Notes: generated by a model from the sequence alone, not told the origin. A stretch of DNA of 64,000 bases from Leucoraja erinacea (GCF_028641065.1 NC_073380.1:66216001-66280000); one strand, 5' to 3'; shown: positions 45,685 to 59,304, numbered from the stretch's first letter. Program-made: numbers and translations.

Positions 45685-46553
45685 CGCAAGGATGCTTTTT
45701 CAACCCCATTCTTTACTCCTTAAACAACAGTAACAGTGCAGCCACATACAAATCCAACTCAATTTACAGACGACGCCGTCATAGTGGGCCGGATATCAAA
45801 TAATGATGAGACGGAGTACAGGAAGGAGATTGGGAACCTCATGACCTGGTGTCAAGACAACTACCTTTCCCTCAATGTCAGCGGGTCAAAGGAGATTGTG
45901 ATCAACTTCAAGAAGTGAAGAGGCAAACATACCCTAGTATACATTGATGGTGCTAAAGTAGAGATGGTTGAAAGCTTTAAGGAGTAAATATCACCAGGTA
46001 CTTGTCCTGGACCAGCCACTACAAAGCAATGGCCAAGAAAGTACACCAATGCCTCTACTTCCTTCAAAGGCTTAGGAAGTTCAGCATGTCCCCAACAACT
46101 CTCACCAACTTCTACAAATGTGTTGTAGAAAGTATTTTATTGGCATGCAACACAACATGGTTTGGGAACAGCTCCATCCAAGACCCCAAGAAAATGTAGC
46201 GATTGGTGGACACCACCCAGGCCATTACGCAAACCAAACTTCCTTCCATTGACTCCATCTACACTTCACACTGCCTAATCAAGGATGAGTCCTACCCTGG
46301 ATACCCCCTCTTTCCATCCTTCCCTTTAGGCAAGAGGCACATAAATGTGAAAAAGCAGGCCTCCAGATTCAGGTACAGTTTCTTCACAACTATTCTTATC
46401 CACTCATTGGAGACCTTGGGCTATCTGGACTTTATCTTGCATTAAATGTTATTCCCTTTTTCCTGTTTCTGTACACTGCGGACGGCTTCATTGTAATCAT
46501 GCTGACTGGATAGCACGCAACAAAGCCTTTTTTCACTCTACCTCGGTAAAGGT
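45685..46553 (+). mobile_element. Rex1/Babar LINE 3' fragment, decayed
   Basis: QFTDDAVIVGRISNNDETEYRKEI..WCQDNYLSLNVS; LYFLQRLRKFSMSPTTLTNFYKCVVESIL. Confidence 0.88.
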
Positions 46554-46887
46554 NNNNNNNNNNNNNNNNNNNNNNNNNNNNNNNNNNNNNNNNNNNNNNN
46601 NNNNNNNNNNNNNNNNNNNNNNNNNNNNNNNNNNNNNNNNNNNNNNNNNNNNNNNNNNNNNNNNNNNNNNNNNNNNNNNNNNNNNNNNNNNNNNNNNNNN
46701 NNNNNNNNNNNNNNNNNNNNNNNNNNNNNNNNNNNNNNNNNNNNNNNNNNNNNNNNNNNNNNNNNNNNNNNNNNNNNNNNNNNNNNNNNNNNNNNNNNNN
46801 NNNNNNNNNNNNNNNNNNNNNNNNNNNNNNNNNNNNNNNNNNNNNNNNNNNNNNNNNNNNNNNNNNNNNNNNNNNNNNNNNNNNNNN
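46554..46887. other. assembly gap
   Basis: Run of N. Confidence 1.
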
Positions 46888-49800
46888 TAAACTTACTATG
46901 TAAAAATACTAGGAAAGTTGTTTCTCCTGCCTATGGCACTCCACCCCAAATCCATATCCTACACCAACCATCGATAAGAATGCAATAAATGAATAATAAA
47001 TAGAACAGCAAGCTGAAAGCAAGGACTGGTGTTGGTATTGATTTATTATTGTCAATGGATGTGAAAAATGGTGTAAACATTTGTTTTGCATTCTATTCGT
47101 GTTCTATTCTTGATTAGTACAGGTGTCAGAGGTTATAGGGAGGGCAGGAGAATGGGATAGATGGGCTGAATGGCCTAATTCTACTCCTATTCCTTATGTC
47201 CTTATGTCCTTATCCAGGTAAATCATCTATACATGATTACAATCAAACCATATCTTAGAACAGGGACATGAAAGAATGGAACAATTGTACAAGATACTTT
47301 TTTTTGGACGAGCACACCTTGCCATCTTGCTGGTGGCAACCAGATTAACATAAGAATGTACAAGCAAAAATATACCACACGGCCCTTCAATCCTGTGCAC
47401 CAATGAATATGATCGTGGGTGATCTGCTCAAGGCCTCGCCTACTTTTCTGTGCTATTTCCTCAGAGCCCTCAATTCCCTGATATTTCAAACTTCCACTTT
47501 AAATACCTTCAATAACCAAGACTCCATGACCCACTGGATTGGAGAATTCTAGAGATTTACCGCTCTCTGCACGAAAAGTGATTCCAGGCAAGAGGAACAT
47601 TCAGACCTGAGAAGCACCACCCTTGAACCCTTGATGTGGTTTTGCATGGACTCATGTGTAAGGGGAATGATTTTGCATGAAGTATCTAAGGGTTGTAGTC
47701 CTCGGGTCTAAAGGCTCCTCACCCTTATTGTTGCAAGTCTGTGAAGACGATATTCAGGGATTTCCAGCTCTAGAAAGAGGATTGCCTGAGGAGCTGGGGT
47801 CAGGGTCCAGATGGTGAGCTGGAAAGGCAAAGGAATTAGGGAAATGAAAATATTTCTACATTAAGGAGACATCAACGGTTGAAGCGACAAATAAATTATT
47901 TGTAATTATTTGGAAACATGAATCAAATTCATTTGAACAAATTGCAGGAAATAAATCAAGGTTTCAAGGTCAGTTTATTGTCACTGGTTAGTAATGTTTT
48001 CAGGAACTCGCATAGCAGAGTGGCATCTGTGTTCAAGTACATTTCTAAAATGGATGTTGGTAAGGGCATTAGTGCATAATTCCAGATGGCATACAAAACT
48101 AATTTATCTTCCTTCTGCAGCAACTGCAGGTAAATGAATACAAAAACAATTCAATGCCTGGAACTTGATAAACAGGCATGGTGCTTGCGCTCACTTCTTC
48201 TTCACATTGGCCTGGAATCTGCGTTATCAACAACACAATGTGAATTTGAAGCCACAGTATCCATCTGTAAGTGTGCAGTTATGAGTGGCAATTATATGGT
48301 GTCAATGATTCTCAGACTGTTCTGTGGCACTCTTTCCAAATACACTAGACATTGAATCAGTGATTTGACATGAACTTAAAAATGGTACAGACTATACTTG
48401 CTATGACAAAGAACAGAAATATTGACCTTTGTTCAGTCTGGAGTAATTACATTTTGTCCAAAATACCAATATAGTTACAGCTAAGTAATTTCTACGGCCA
48501 TCAAAGCTTAATTTATAGTGTTGAATCCCATTCTCTTTGTTGGAAAATACTACCAAATTAAAAAAAATCCATGGTTTTAAAAGTTTTTTTGTTGTTGTGT
48601 TATTTCAATTTCACTCTACATCAAATGTCAATCTCAATTAAATTCTCAATTTCTGTGTAAAGATACTTTGGAAGAATGGAAAGTATTTCAGAATGTTTTC
48701 AGGAAAAGAATTGTATTGTCTTTTTGAAAACAAAGACTGTGCATGATCAAGATAGTCCAAAAGAAATAACAGATGGTATCAATTATATAACTTTCAGTGT
48801 TTAGTTTTGGCAGAAAAATGAGGGAAAGACATAAAGCTATACTTGAAAAAAATAATGTAGGGCAACAAGTGCCATGTTTGTAGACATCTCACTGGAAGGG
48901 TTCCAATTTATGGCAGATCCTTGCTAAAATATTGGATCAATCCTATCTCATAGCACCTATTCTATAGTGTCTGGTTATCCAATGCCCATTCATGGCAGTA
49001 CAACATGGATGTTAAAGGTAATTGTGGCTCTCATGTTAACTTCCACATGCATCTGTAGCATCCAATGCTATCATCAAACACAACCTATACAGATTCCAAC
49101 AATAAGTTCTTGAATTCGATGATCTTGATAAACAATTCCAGTGTTTTTAGTGCCAGGGCTCTGGCCCTTAAAGACCCCACCCCATTATGTCAAGGAATTG
49201 CTGGAAACATATTGATTGCTGTGGTACCTGAAATAGCTGACAGAGAATGTGCAGGAGGAAGGCAGAGGGAGAGGGAGGTCCTATTTCTCTGGTAACCATC
49301 ATATCATCCTCGTGGATAAGCTGCAGGACAGCAGGCCCATCCTTCAGACCAGGTACACCAGGAGTCCTCCCAGAGCTGACATGTGCAGGAAGTAAGTTAA
49401 CCTCAGGGATTGATGCACCTCCACAAATGGGATGTACAAATCTCTCATTGCACTGGGTGGAACACTGTTGACGGGCAGTTTTTGTAAATTAGATCCCATT
49501 GTGACGTCACACGCGCTAACTGCCAGTGGAACACTGGTGAGTGAGGGGCAGTTTATGTAAATGAGAACCCATTGTGCTAGCATAGGAGGGGGGAAGAACT
49601 ATAAAATCCGGATGCCTGGATGAGACTCAGTCACACTGCAAGATCATGAGGGAGAGGCCACGACTCTCATTCTAGGCTGTGAATCAACTGAACTGTGAGT
49701 CTGCAATGTACTTGCAATAAATGATTTGTTAGTTCTTAATGACAATGCCATGAGTTGTTTGGTCTGCTGCCCTGCCTGTGCTTGAAACTGCAATGCTTTA

Positions 49801-50071
49801 CTAGGTCCGACTGTGTTTGGAAGGAATAAATGCTTTATTAGGTCCGACTGTGTTTGGTTCAAAAGACCCGCTCATTTCGTGACTTCCGCTTAGTTGACAG
49901 GTCACGCTGATTGCCTAATTTCCGGTAAGTGCCGAGGTCACGCTGATTGCGGGAGTGCCATTGACTGCATAAGCCCCAAAGTGGAGAGGCCGCGCTCAGC
50001 TGTGTGAGTAGATTCAAAAACGTTTACTGCCATATATATGGTGTGTGTGTCAGTGAGTGTGTGGTTATGTG

Positions 50072-50250
50072 NNNNNNNNNNNNNNNNNNNNNNNNNNNNN
50101 NNNNNNNNNNNNNNNNNNNNNNNNNNNNNNNNNNNNNNNNNNNNNNNNNNNNNNNNNNNNNNNNNNNNNNNNNNNNNNNNNNNNNNNNNNNNNNNNNNNN
50201 NNNNNNNNNNNNNNNNNNNNNNNNNNNNNNNNNNNNNNNNNNNNNNNNNN
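50072..50250. other. assembly gap within a (GT)n-rich tract
   Basis: Run of N flanked by GT-rich sequence. Confidence 1.
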
Positions 50251-50337
50251 GACAGTGTTAGTGTCTGTTTGTGTGTGTGTGTGTTTGTGAGCGTATGTGT
50301 GCGTATGTGTGTGTGTTTGTATGTGTGTGTGAGTGTA

Positions 50338-51087
50338 TGAATAGAATAGAATGTATTTTATTGTTGTTCAAACCTTGTCTGTTTTCCTACAGTCATGACG
50401 TTACAAAAAAAACAAAGCCACACACTTAATACTATTTACACAAACATCCATCACAGTAAATCTCCAACGCCTCCTCTGTGATGGAAGGCAAAAGTCTTAT
50501 CTTTTCCCTTTGTTCTTCTCCCGCAGTCCAGCAGTCCAACTGCAGCGTCGAGGCGACTGGTGCTTGCGATTTTAAAACCCCCAGTGGGCGATGGTAAGTC
50601 CTTGGCCGTTTAAGCCGTGTTGATAGCAGTTGCCATTGTGGGAGCTCCGAAAAGCGGTCTCCCATCAGGGACCTGCGAGCTCCCGATGTTCCTGTCCACC
50701 AGGCCTGTGGCCGGAGCCTCCGAAGCTCTGAAGTTGGGTTGCATCCGTGCGCCACTACAGCTCTCCCCACACCAAAATCGGCCAGCTCCGCGATTGCGAG
50801 TCCGCAGGCGCCACGACTGGAGCACTCAGGTTGGTTCAGGTTGGAGGCCGCCGCCAGCTCCACGATGTTAGGCCCTACGACACCGGAGACCCAACAGGGA
50901 AAAAGTCAGGTCCCCATACAGGGTAGAGATTAAATGGTTCCCCCACCACCCACCCCCCCCCCCCCACCCACCACATATACACAGCTAAAATTAAATTAAA
51001 ATTAAAACCAAAAACTTCCAGCTAATGGGAGTTAAATTAAAAAAAGACAGACGCACTACATTCGAGCCGCTGCCGTTAGGCGCCACC
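50338..51087 (-). mobile_element. GC-rich non-autonomous retroposon related to 28923-30154
   Basis: Minus-strand start ggtggcgcctaacggcagcggctc resembles gtggcggcgctgccctggcagcagcggctc; tail aataaaatacattcttctattctattc. Confidence 0.6.
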
Positions 51088-51299
51088 NNNNNNNNNNNNN
51101 NNNNNNNNNNNNNNNNNNNNNNNNNNNNNNNNNNNNNNNNNNNNNNNNNNNNNNNNNNNNNNNNNNNNNNNNNNNNNNNNNNNNNNNNNNNNNNNNNNNN
51201 NNNNNNNNNNNNNNNNNNNNNNNNNNNNNNNNNNNNNNNNNNNNNNNNNNNNNNNNNNNNNNNNNNNNNNNNNNNNNNNNNNNNNNNNNNNNNNNNNNN
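51088..51299. other. assembly gap
   Basis: Run of N. Confidence 1.
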
Positions 51300-51461
51300 C
51301 TGGAAACCAGTCCCTTCAGCCCACAACACCCATGCTAGCACTCCAGAAAGCCTCCCCCCCACTGGCCAGCAATATTGGAATTGGTTGAGAGGTGGATTAT
51401 TGCATTGGGGGACCAGCCCTCCCATGTGAAGCTGGGACCCAACGGGTCGCACTTAGTCTTG
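51300..51461 (+). mobile_element. Helitron-like 3' end (degenerate hairpin, CTTG)
   Basis: gctgggacccaacgggtcgcacttagtcttg; homologous to the reverse complement of 33185-33330. Confidence 0.55.
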
Positions 51462-51483
51462 AAAAAAAAAAAATATATATATA

Positions 51484-51898
51484 TCTATCTATATTTAAAA
51501 CTCTGTGTGTGTCTGGCTGTGTGGCTGTGTGTGTTTCTGACTTGTGGCTGCCAGCCTTTGATTCGTTGCCACGCCAACGCCCGACCCACAAACACCCTGA
51601 TTTTTTTCCATTTCAGTAGAGATTTCACTTTTCATTCTAAGTATCCACTCCTCATTAAATTTTGTCGTGTTTATGTACACATTTTTAATCAAATCCTTCT
51701 CCCCCCCCCCCCAACTCACTCATTTTGTCGCCTCCTGCTGGCCAGCGACCATAACAGCTGTTGGCGCCCGCATCTCGCCTCAAAGGCGCCATTTAAAAAC
51801 AGCCGCACTGCTGATTCCTGAGCCGCTTGAGTTGGAGGACCATATCTCCCGTGGGGGCTACGGATAGGGAACGGCTGCGTTGGGGGAGCAGACCCAAC
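51484..51898 (+). mobile_element. putative Helitron-like 5' part
   Basis: Begins TCTATCTATATTTAAAACTC after an A, then GT-rich sequence; truncated by a gap. Confidence 0.4.
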
Positions 51899-52112
51899 NN
51901 NNNNNNNNNNNNNNNNNNNNNNNNNNNNNNNNNNNNNNNNNNNNNNNNNNNNNNNNNNNNNNNNNNNNNNNNNNNNNNNNNNNNNNNNNNNNNNNNNNNN
52001 NNNNNNNNNNNNNNNNNNNNNNNNNNNNNNNNNNNNNNNNNNNNNNNNNNNNNNNNNNNNNNNNNNNNNNNNNNNNNNNNNNNNNNNNNNNNNNNNNNNN
52101 NNNNNNNNNNNN
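51899..52112. other. assembly gap
   Basis: Run of N. Confidence 1.
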
Positions 52113-53957
52113 AATATGCAAAATCAGCTGGCTGTCATTTTAGCTTTCTTATAGCAATGAATGCATTGTCTGCGTATATTTTCAGGTGAGCCGGCCACTC
52201 TGCCTAAGGAGCATGTATTCAACTTCGACTCTTCTGTTTGAAGAGTGTAAAAAGATCTTGTAATTTTAATTGACAGCATGAAGATGCTGGCACCAAGCTT
52301 TATTGGTCGCATCATTTCTGCTGGAGAAGCAAATTGGCACAAATGTCCTGCAACTAAACTAAGGGACAAGGAAGTTAGTGTGCCAACTTCCAGAAGGAGA
52401 TCCCCCATCAAAAGATTGCATTAGGACTACAGTAGACAATGCATGTCAAAATACACTGGCGTGTCTGGTCTGCCTTGCACAGTTAAAGGAATTTCAAAGC
52501 ACATGAGGGAAAACCATCATAATCTTTGCACCAGACTTTATGTGGAGTCAGGGTGACATCATTTTCAGTCTGGAAGGTTGTGTGCCTTACAAAATGAGGC
52601 GGCGTTGGCATCACCAATGGAGCAGGTTCTTGCTGCCATATCTCCCAGGCTACTCCAACCAGAGCTCCAGTAGACTGCTGCTACCCTGGGGTAATACCCG
52701 AGAGGAGGCTATCTCTGTTGGTCAAATGCCTAAGTAAGAGCAGCAGCTGTACAATCCAGGACAAAAGCGATACAGGGTGCATTGTCCGCCTGGATGCGAG
52801 GGTTTTCATGGCACCGTGGAGTGATGGCGCTGTTCTCTCTCACTGTCATCTGTATTTCTCTTCCCCACACTGCCTCATGGGGAGTGGTCATGCCTGCACA
52901 ACCCCTAGGAAGCTACTCAGGACTACTGCCGATCACACCAAGATGCTTCAGTCTTTCACCAGCCTAGCTGCAGCTTTATGCATGCTTTGTGCTGCATGCA
53001 ATAGTGTTTGGGTGGGGGGAGAGAGTTGATGGAGGGGAGGTGATGGTAATGGGAACAGCAAAGAGGGTGTGGTGTGGAATAACAGGGCCTTGTAACCCTA
53101 ATGGAATGTCTCAATAGAGGGTTACTCTGGTTGTCAAGTTAGTATCGAATGTATATGAAAGCTTTCCTTTGTCATTATTGCATAGAAAATTCTGGAAAGA
53201 AAATCTCTTAAATCATTCTAACATGATTCAATGGAGTTCAATGAGAATTGCAGGTGTACTGTTTGGGTAGGATTGAAAGTTGGAATAATGTACGCTGCAA
53301 TAATTTTAATGACGTAACCTCTGGTCTTCATTTCTTTGTTGAATACGCTTCCAACTAGATTCACTTTGGCAAAACTCTTTCTTTCAAACAGCCAATGCCT
53401 ACGCCATTTTCTCAATACCCCAGCGAGAAGATGCAACAGTTGTTGGGCATCTGTTGGGCAATGGAGACCATCTGGAACATCTGTGAAAAGGGATCAGCAT
53501 CAGGGGCCGTCTACTCAAATTGCCGTCTACTCAAATTGTCTGAGATCAAATTTCCCCTGTCCTTTTTTTTTTTAACAGAGACAGATCCCTTTTGAAAAAT
53601 CGTAAGACATATGAGCCTTCATGACTTCCTTGTAGCCCTGACCTATCAGTGAGGCTTTTCTGGAATGCTTTTTTATTCAGTAGTGTTATGCATGTCAAAA
53701 TATGAAAGCAGTAAGAAGACTGGGTTAGCAGACCTAACTCTTACAGAAAATCCACGCATTTGGATGAGGGAGATATTGTGCTCCCCATATTACATTGTGC
53801 TCAAATCTTGAGCCTTTCTGTTCCATTAATGGTTCGTTCAATGGTTTTGTGGAACTTTATTGTCACATATCCCAATGTATAGTGAAATTAATTTCTTTAC
53901 ATACAATAAAAATCTTATTATACATGGGCACAGTCACACTTAAGTATAAGAGGGTAA

Positions 53958-54201
53958 AGGGCCTGTCCCACTTGGCCGTCATTTGTGCGTGATTTATGCG
54001 ACATCATTTACGCGTCACGCGTCACGACGCACGACGCATGCGTCGTGACACGCACGTGATGCGCACATGGTAATGCGCACATAGTGATGCGCACATGATG
54101 ACATAGGCAGTGAGGCGTGGCGTCGCAGGATTTTGTGATGTACAAAATCTTCGCACTCCATCTGCGTGACGCGTAAATGACAGCAAATTGGGACAGGCCC
54201 T
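53958..54201. mobile_element. Harbinger/PIF-type MITE (244 bp)
   Basis: TIR AGGGCCTGTCCCA / TGGGACAGGCCCT flanked by TAA and TTA; CpG-rich quasi-palindromic interior. Confidence 0.85.
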
Positions 54202-54693
54202 TTAGAATAGTAGATTATACCGAGGCAGTTCACAAGAGTCGCCATGTTTTCAGCACCATCTTATAACCTTCAAATTTAAACGTTCTTAAAAATGTAGAGT
54301 CTTGACTAAGTCTTAAGGGCTTGCTGCCCTGGAGGTGGCACTGGGTCGGACTCGCTGATGCCATGGCGAACAAATACTGTAGAGATCTGCCACAGTTGCT
54401 TGGAAATATCTCATTTTAAATCACATGTTCATTTTGCATGTGTTCTCTTTAAACATTGAGAATATTGTAGCTAGGAAGTGGAATGTTTAAGTGCACTGCA
54501 CCTTTCTCCCTTTTCTTCTCTCCAAACACATACGAGGTAATAATGAAAGAATTGCCAAATTACCAACACTGCCATGTATTTACACTGTAAAGATATATTA
54601 ATATATCTGATATCTTGAACACCTCATTATCATCATTCCTTGAGCTGCAAATGGTTGATGATTTGGCTACCTGCTGTATTTAGCCCAGTGTTA

Positions 54694-55507
54694 AGGGCCT
54701 GTCCCACTTAGGCGACTTTTTAATCGAGTGCAGGAGACTCTGCGCCCGCCTCATGATCGCCTCATGGGTGCCATATGTTCGCTGGTGGTCTCTGGTTAGT
54801 CTCCTTCATGGTCGCGAGAAGTTCCTGCATTCTGGGAACTAGTTGCGGCCTCAGTATGGTCGCCGCAAATTTTTCAACATGTTGAAACATTTTCTGCAAC
54901 CAAAAATTGGTCGCCATGGAGAAAATTGATAATCCTGTAATCATAGGTGCAGTTGTAGTGGGGTTGCGATTATGGGTAGTCGAGGTAGTTGTAGGTAGTT
55001 TTAGTTAATCTCCTTTGCTGACCTTTCATTTTCATTGGCTCATTGGGGAAATAAAACGTAAGCACGAGTTTTCAGAACCAAAGATAACTGACCGATAATG
55101 GTAAATGTTAAATGCTGTGTATCTCTGGCTTAAAAGTTGTCTGGTTTCTTAAAAGTGCCTCCATTCCTTCTCCCCCCTTCTCCCCCCCTTCTGCCCCCTT
55201 CTGCCACCTTCTATCCTCCCTTCACCCCCCCCCCTACACTTTGCTTTAAGGATTTACCGTACACTGTGCTAGCCGTCTTAACCTTCCTGTTCATCGTGGT
55301 GTGTGTCTGTATCACCTTGGCTTTGCACCGTGTGAATTTCAGACAGCGTTCCCCCGCTTTCCCTGGCCCCCGCCTAGCGATGTGTTTGTGTGTGTGTGTG
55401 TTCCACTCTGACAGTCGGCGTTCCAGTTCCCGGTTTTTCAGGTGAGTGCCGCGAACTTGACACTCCCCAGCAGTTCGCTGAAAAATCGCCCAAGTGGGAC
55501 AGGCCCT
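54694..55507. mobile_element. Harbinger/PIF-type non-autonomous transposon (814 bp)
   Basis: TIR AGGGCCTGTCCCACTT / AAGTGGGACAGGCCCT with 3-bp TSD TTA. Confidence 0.9.
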
Positions 55508-57334
55508 TTACTGCAATGCACGCTACCTAGTTATATTGATTTCTGAGCTGACTGGTTATTACAAGGTCCAGTACCTTAATATTCCCTCTGTTAAGAGATA
55601 AATCCCGGCACACTGCTTCATATCAATAACTTCTGAAATAGCATAGCCCCAGGGTTGTTGATTTGTTTAGATGCAGCTGCTCCAAAATGTCAATCGTTCG
55701 TGCTTCAATGGTGAAATTGGTTCTGATTTTGCTCATTTGTCATATGTCAGATTTTATGACACTACTCTGTAAGGTCCTTTGTAAATTATCTTAATTGGAC
55801 AGAATGAGGTCTCCCTTTAACTAAGAGTGTCGTTGTTGAGAATAAACCATTGACAGTTCATCTTCTCCGTAACTGCTGAAGCACTAAAGTAAGAACATTG
55901 GATTTACAGATCAATCACTTGGTTCATGCAGGACAGGCAGTGAAATAACTCTATTCTTCCTCTCAATGGAAGTGTCATTCAGCTTTATGCAACTTTCTTC
56001 AAGTTTCACTTTGGAAAACTGTGTTTGTAGAAGATGGCGATTGCAGCTGATGTGCAAAAAATGTGAAAGATACTGTAATCTCTCCCTGTCACCCATTGGT
56101 AACCACAATTCAAGTGTTAATAGTGTGGCCCATAATTTCTCTGCTTATTAATTTCCTGTCTGAGGGCAGAGTTCATAGAGTGGAGCCCTGGGCAGATTTG
56201 CCAGGACATCAGATTGTCCTAATGGTCCATTTGGGATGGGTTGCTTCTTATGGCCAAGGCAAAGTATGCCCATTGGCTTGTACCTCATCTACCTCTTTCT
56301 CCTTCTCCCGATGCTGGAGGATCTCAGGAAAAGATTTGCTCACCTGACATCAGAGTTGTGCAAGAGGCAACAAGCATTAGTGAATTATGAAACTGTCAGG
56401 AGAGAATTGTAAGTGACTTGTGGAATTATATTTTGAGTACCTCAGGTATCTGGTGTTCTCAAGGCAATCCCCAGGCCAGATGCACCATGGACAGGAGTGC
56501 TGGGATAGATTTCTGGGTGAAGCAGCAGCTGAAATATCACGGGCAAGTCTCACCAACACCCACAATTATATAACTTTCATGGACAAAGTAGTTCAGGTTA
56601 ATTCGAGGTGGCTGTAAGTCAATCCCTAGAATATCACAGATCTCTCTCATCAAGAGCTCAAGCTTAGCTTCCAAAAATATTACTCTTCAGAGAGCAATGG
56701 GTAGTAGCAGTGTTGGCATTAAAATCTTGGGGTTTAGGGTCTGTGGATGTGTTCTCCCCTCCTCACTCTGGACCCCAGCCATGCGTGGTCTGTTTGTGAT
56801 GCTTGCCATGTTGTGCAAATTGACCTTTCACAGTTGCATCGCTGTAACATGCGGTACTGGAAATGCTGATGCCGAAGTTGTCTGGGGATTTGTAGCATCT
56901 GTGTACCTGAACAGACAACCTCCAGTGTTACAGAAGTGAATGTTAATTGCGCAAGTGGACCTTAGAATTGCATGTTTGCACTAAATGGAGCATTCTGAAT
57001 CCATGTTTCCCAAGAATGGATAATTATTTATCTATGGCAGATAACTTCACTCAATTTCACCTGTCAATGCTTTATCTAGATACAATGAGAGATAACATGT
57101 TGGCGTCCTGTGGTAAGAATCTGTCATAATATAGGTCATCTCCGTATTGCAACTATTTGCATTACAGAAATACGCCCCTACAAAATTCACAAATCACAAC
57201 CCAAAAATTTGAGTTACGGAATAAAATTCACTCTTGTGGCATTCATGTGAAAAACAGTAAATAAATCAACATTTTTTTTATTCAAACATTTCTTGACACA
57301 ATAACAGATGATATGGCTTTGCATTATTTAAAAT

Positions 57335-57560
57335 TGTGATATGGCTCAACTCATCCATGCTGACCAAGAAGCCTGTCTATGCTAATCCCATTTGCCTGCG
57401 TTGAGCCCATATCTCTCCAAATTTTTCCCATCCATGCACCCTGTCCAAATGTTCCTTAAACATTGAAACTGTACCTGCCTGTACCACCTCTTCTGGCAGC
57501 TCATTCCACATGTCCGTTACCCTTGGTGTGAAAAACATGCTTCATAGACACCCACACTAT
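57335..57560 (-). mobile_element. old CR1 3' fragment
   Basis: gtacctgcctgtaccacctcttctggcagctcattccac...gtgtgaaaaa. Confidence 0.6.
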
Positions 57561-58794
57561 GACAAGGAGTTCCAGGCCCAGTTTCCTGCACCATATAATG
57601 GGATTATATTTGAGATTAGCTTGGAAGTACACCGATCCTCAGTTCGCTCAATACCAATTGCCTGACGTCGAGACCGCACCAAAAACATTCTCGGGATCAT
57701 GCTTTCCAACCATCTTTGAGTAAAAATTAAATCATGTTTTAATTCAATTTCCCAAACACACACGAAAAGCACAGAAATGAACAAAAATTTAAAAAATGGA
57801 CTAATTCTGTCTTTGTAAACTTAGTAAGTTATTAAAATGGATAACTGTCTAAAATCCAAATATACAGTTAATGGATGAATTGAGTGCATCAAGAAATGAA
57901 GGACGCCAAGCTGGCCTTGCGGTTTAATATTTAGTCTGAACTGGGTGATCTTGAATGACAGTTGCACATTATCACTATTAATCTCAGTATTCTTGTACGA
58001 GGGAAGGGGAACTTGATCCAAAGTTCTATTCCTGAGCACCATCTACTTCTATCTTGCTTGAAGGTTCACTTGTGCCTTACCGCCATTGCCTAAAGAGCAC
58101 TATCCTACACCAATTTTGAATTCTCACATCAGTCATTCTGTTAAACACAGAAACATTTTGCCAATTTACTGCCACATACTTGGGATATGTTATGTTTTGG
58201 AGCCTTGGCCATTATAAACATTGTTAAACTTGAGACTGCCCAATCTTGTTTCACTTGGGAAACAGAGAGTTGCCAGAAAGCAGTGTTTCATCTCACAATA
58301 GAGGACTGATTGCAATCTAGATAACAGAAATAAACAATGATATGAAAGTCCCTGCAATAATCAGCATTCCTTACCTTTCTTTCTCGTGAGATTTACAACA
58401 ATACTGATTTGATTCTTCTTCCAAAAACAGTGATTTCTGATGTTTAAAATTAAAAAAAAACTTAAGCAGCTGCTGAATCGCATAAGGCTTTCCAATTCCA
58501 CAAATGATTAAAAAAAAAGACAATATATTAAGGAAGTCCTGTGGAGATTTTCATTGTGGGTCAGTGATATACTATTCTGTACATTCAGCACAATGCATTA
58601 TTCTGCTGCTGGGTTGGAACTTACTGTTGTCTGCAAAATCTGACCTTAATTATGCAAAGAGCAGCCCAGGTCACAAGAACAGGATAGAGACATTTAACCC
58701 CATCAGGTTGTTTAAATATTTAACTAAATCATGGCTCTAAACACTCTCTATTTGCCTTGGGTTTTTAACTCTGAAGAAAGTCCCCCAACTTCAT

Positions 58795-59300
58795 CAATCA
58801 GTAAAAGTTAGGAGGTCATGTTGCAATTATATATTATGTTGGCGGTTGCATTTAGAGTATTGTGTTCAGATCTGGGCAGCATGTTATAGGAAAGATGTTG
58901 TCAAGTTGGAAAGGGTACAGAGAAGATTTACGAGGATGTTGCCAGGACTCGAGGGTCTGAGCTATTGGGAGAGGATAAGAGCAGGCTGGGATTATATTCC
59001 TTGGAGTGTAGGAGGATGAGGGTAATCTTCCAGAGGTGTACAAAATCATGAGAGGAATAGATTGGGTCGGCGCGCATAGTCTATTGCTCAGAGTAGGGGA
59101 ATCGAGAACCAGAGGACATAGGTTTAAGGTGACAGGGGAATGATTTAATAGGAATCTGAGGGGTAATGTTTTCACTCAAAGGGTATTGGGAGTATGGAAA
59201 GAGCTACCAGAGGAGGTAGTTGAGGCAAGGACTATTTCATTGTTTAAGAATCGAATAGACTAGTACGTGGATAGGACAGGTTTAGAGGGGCATGGGCCAA
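58795..59300 (+). mobile_element. CR1 3' fragment
   Basis: LEYCVQIW, VQRRFTRMLPGL and SRTRGHRFKV motifs. Confidence 0.85.
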
Positions 59301-59304
59301 ACTG

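Noticed and set aside
50004-52189. ORFs containing long X runs
   Set aside because: Artefacts of translating through assembly gaps.
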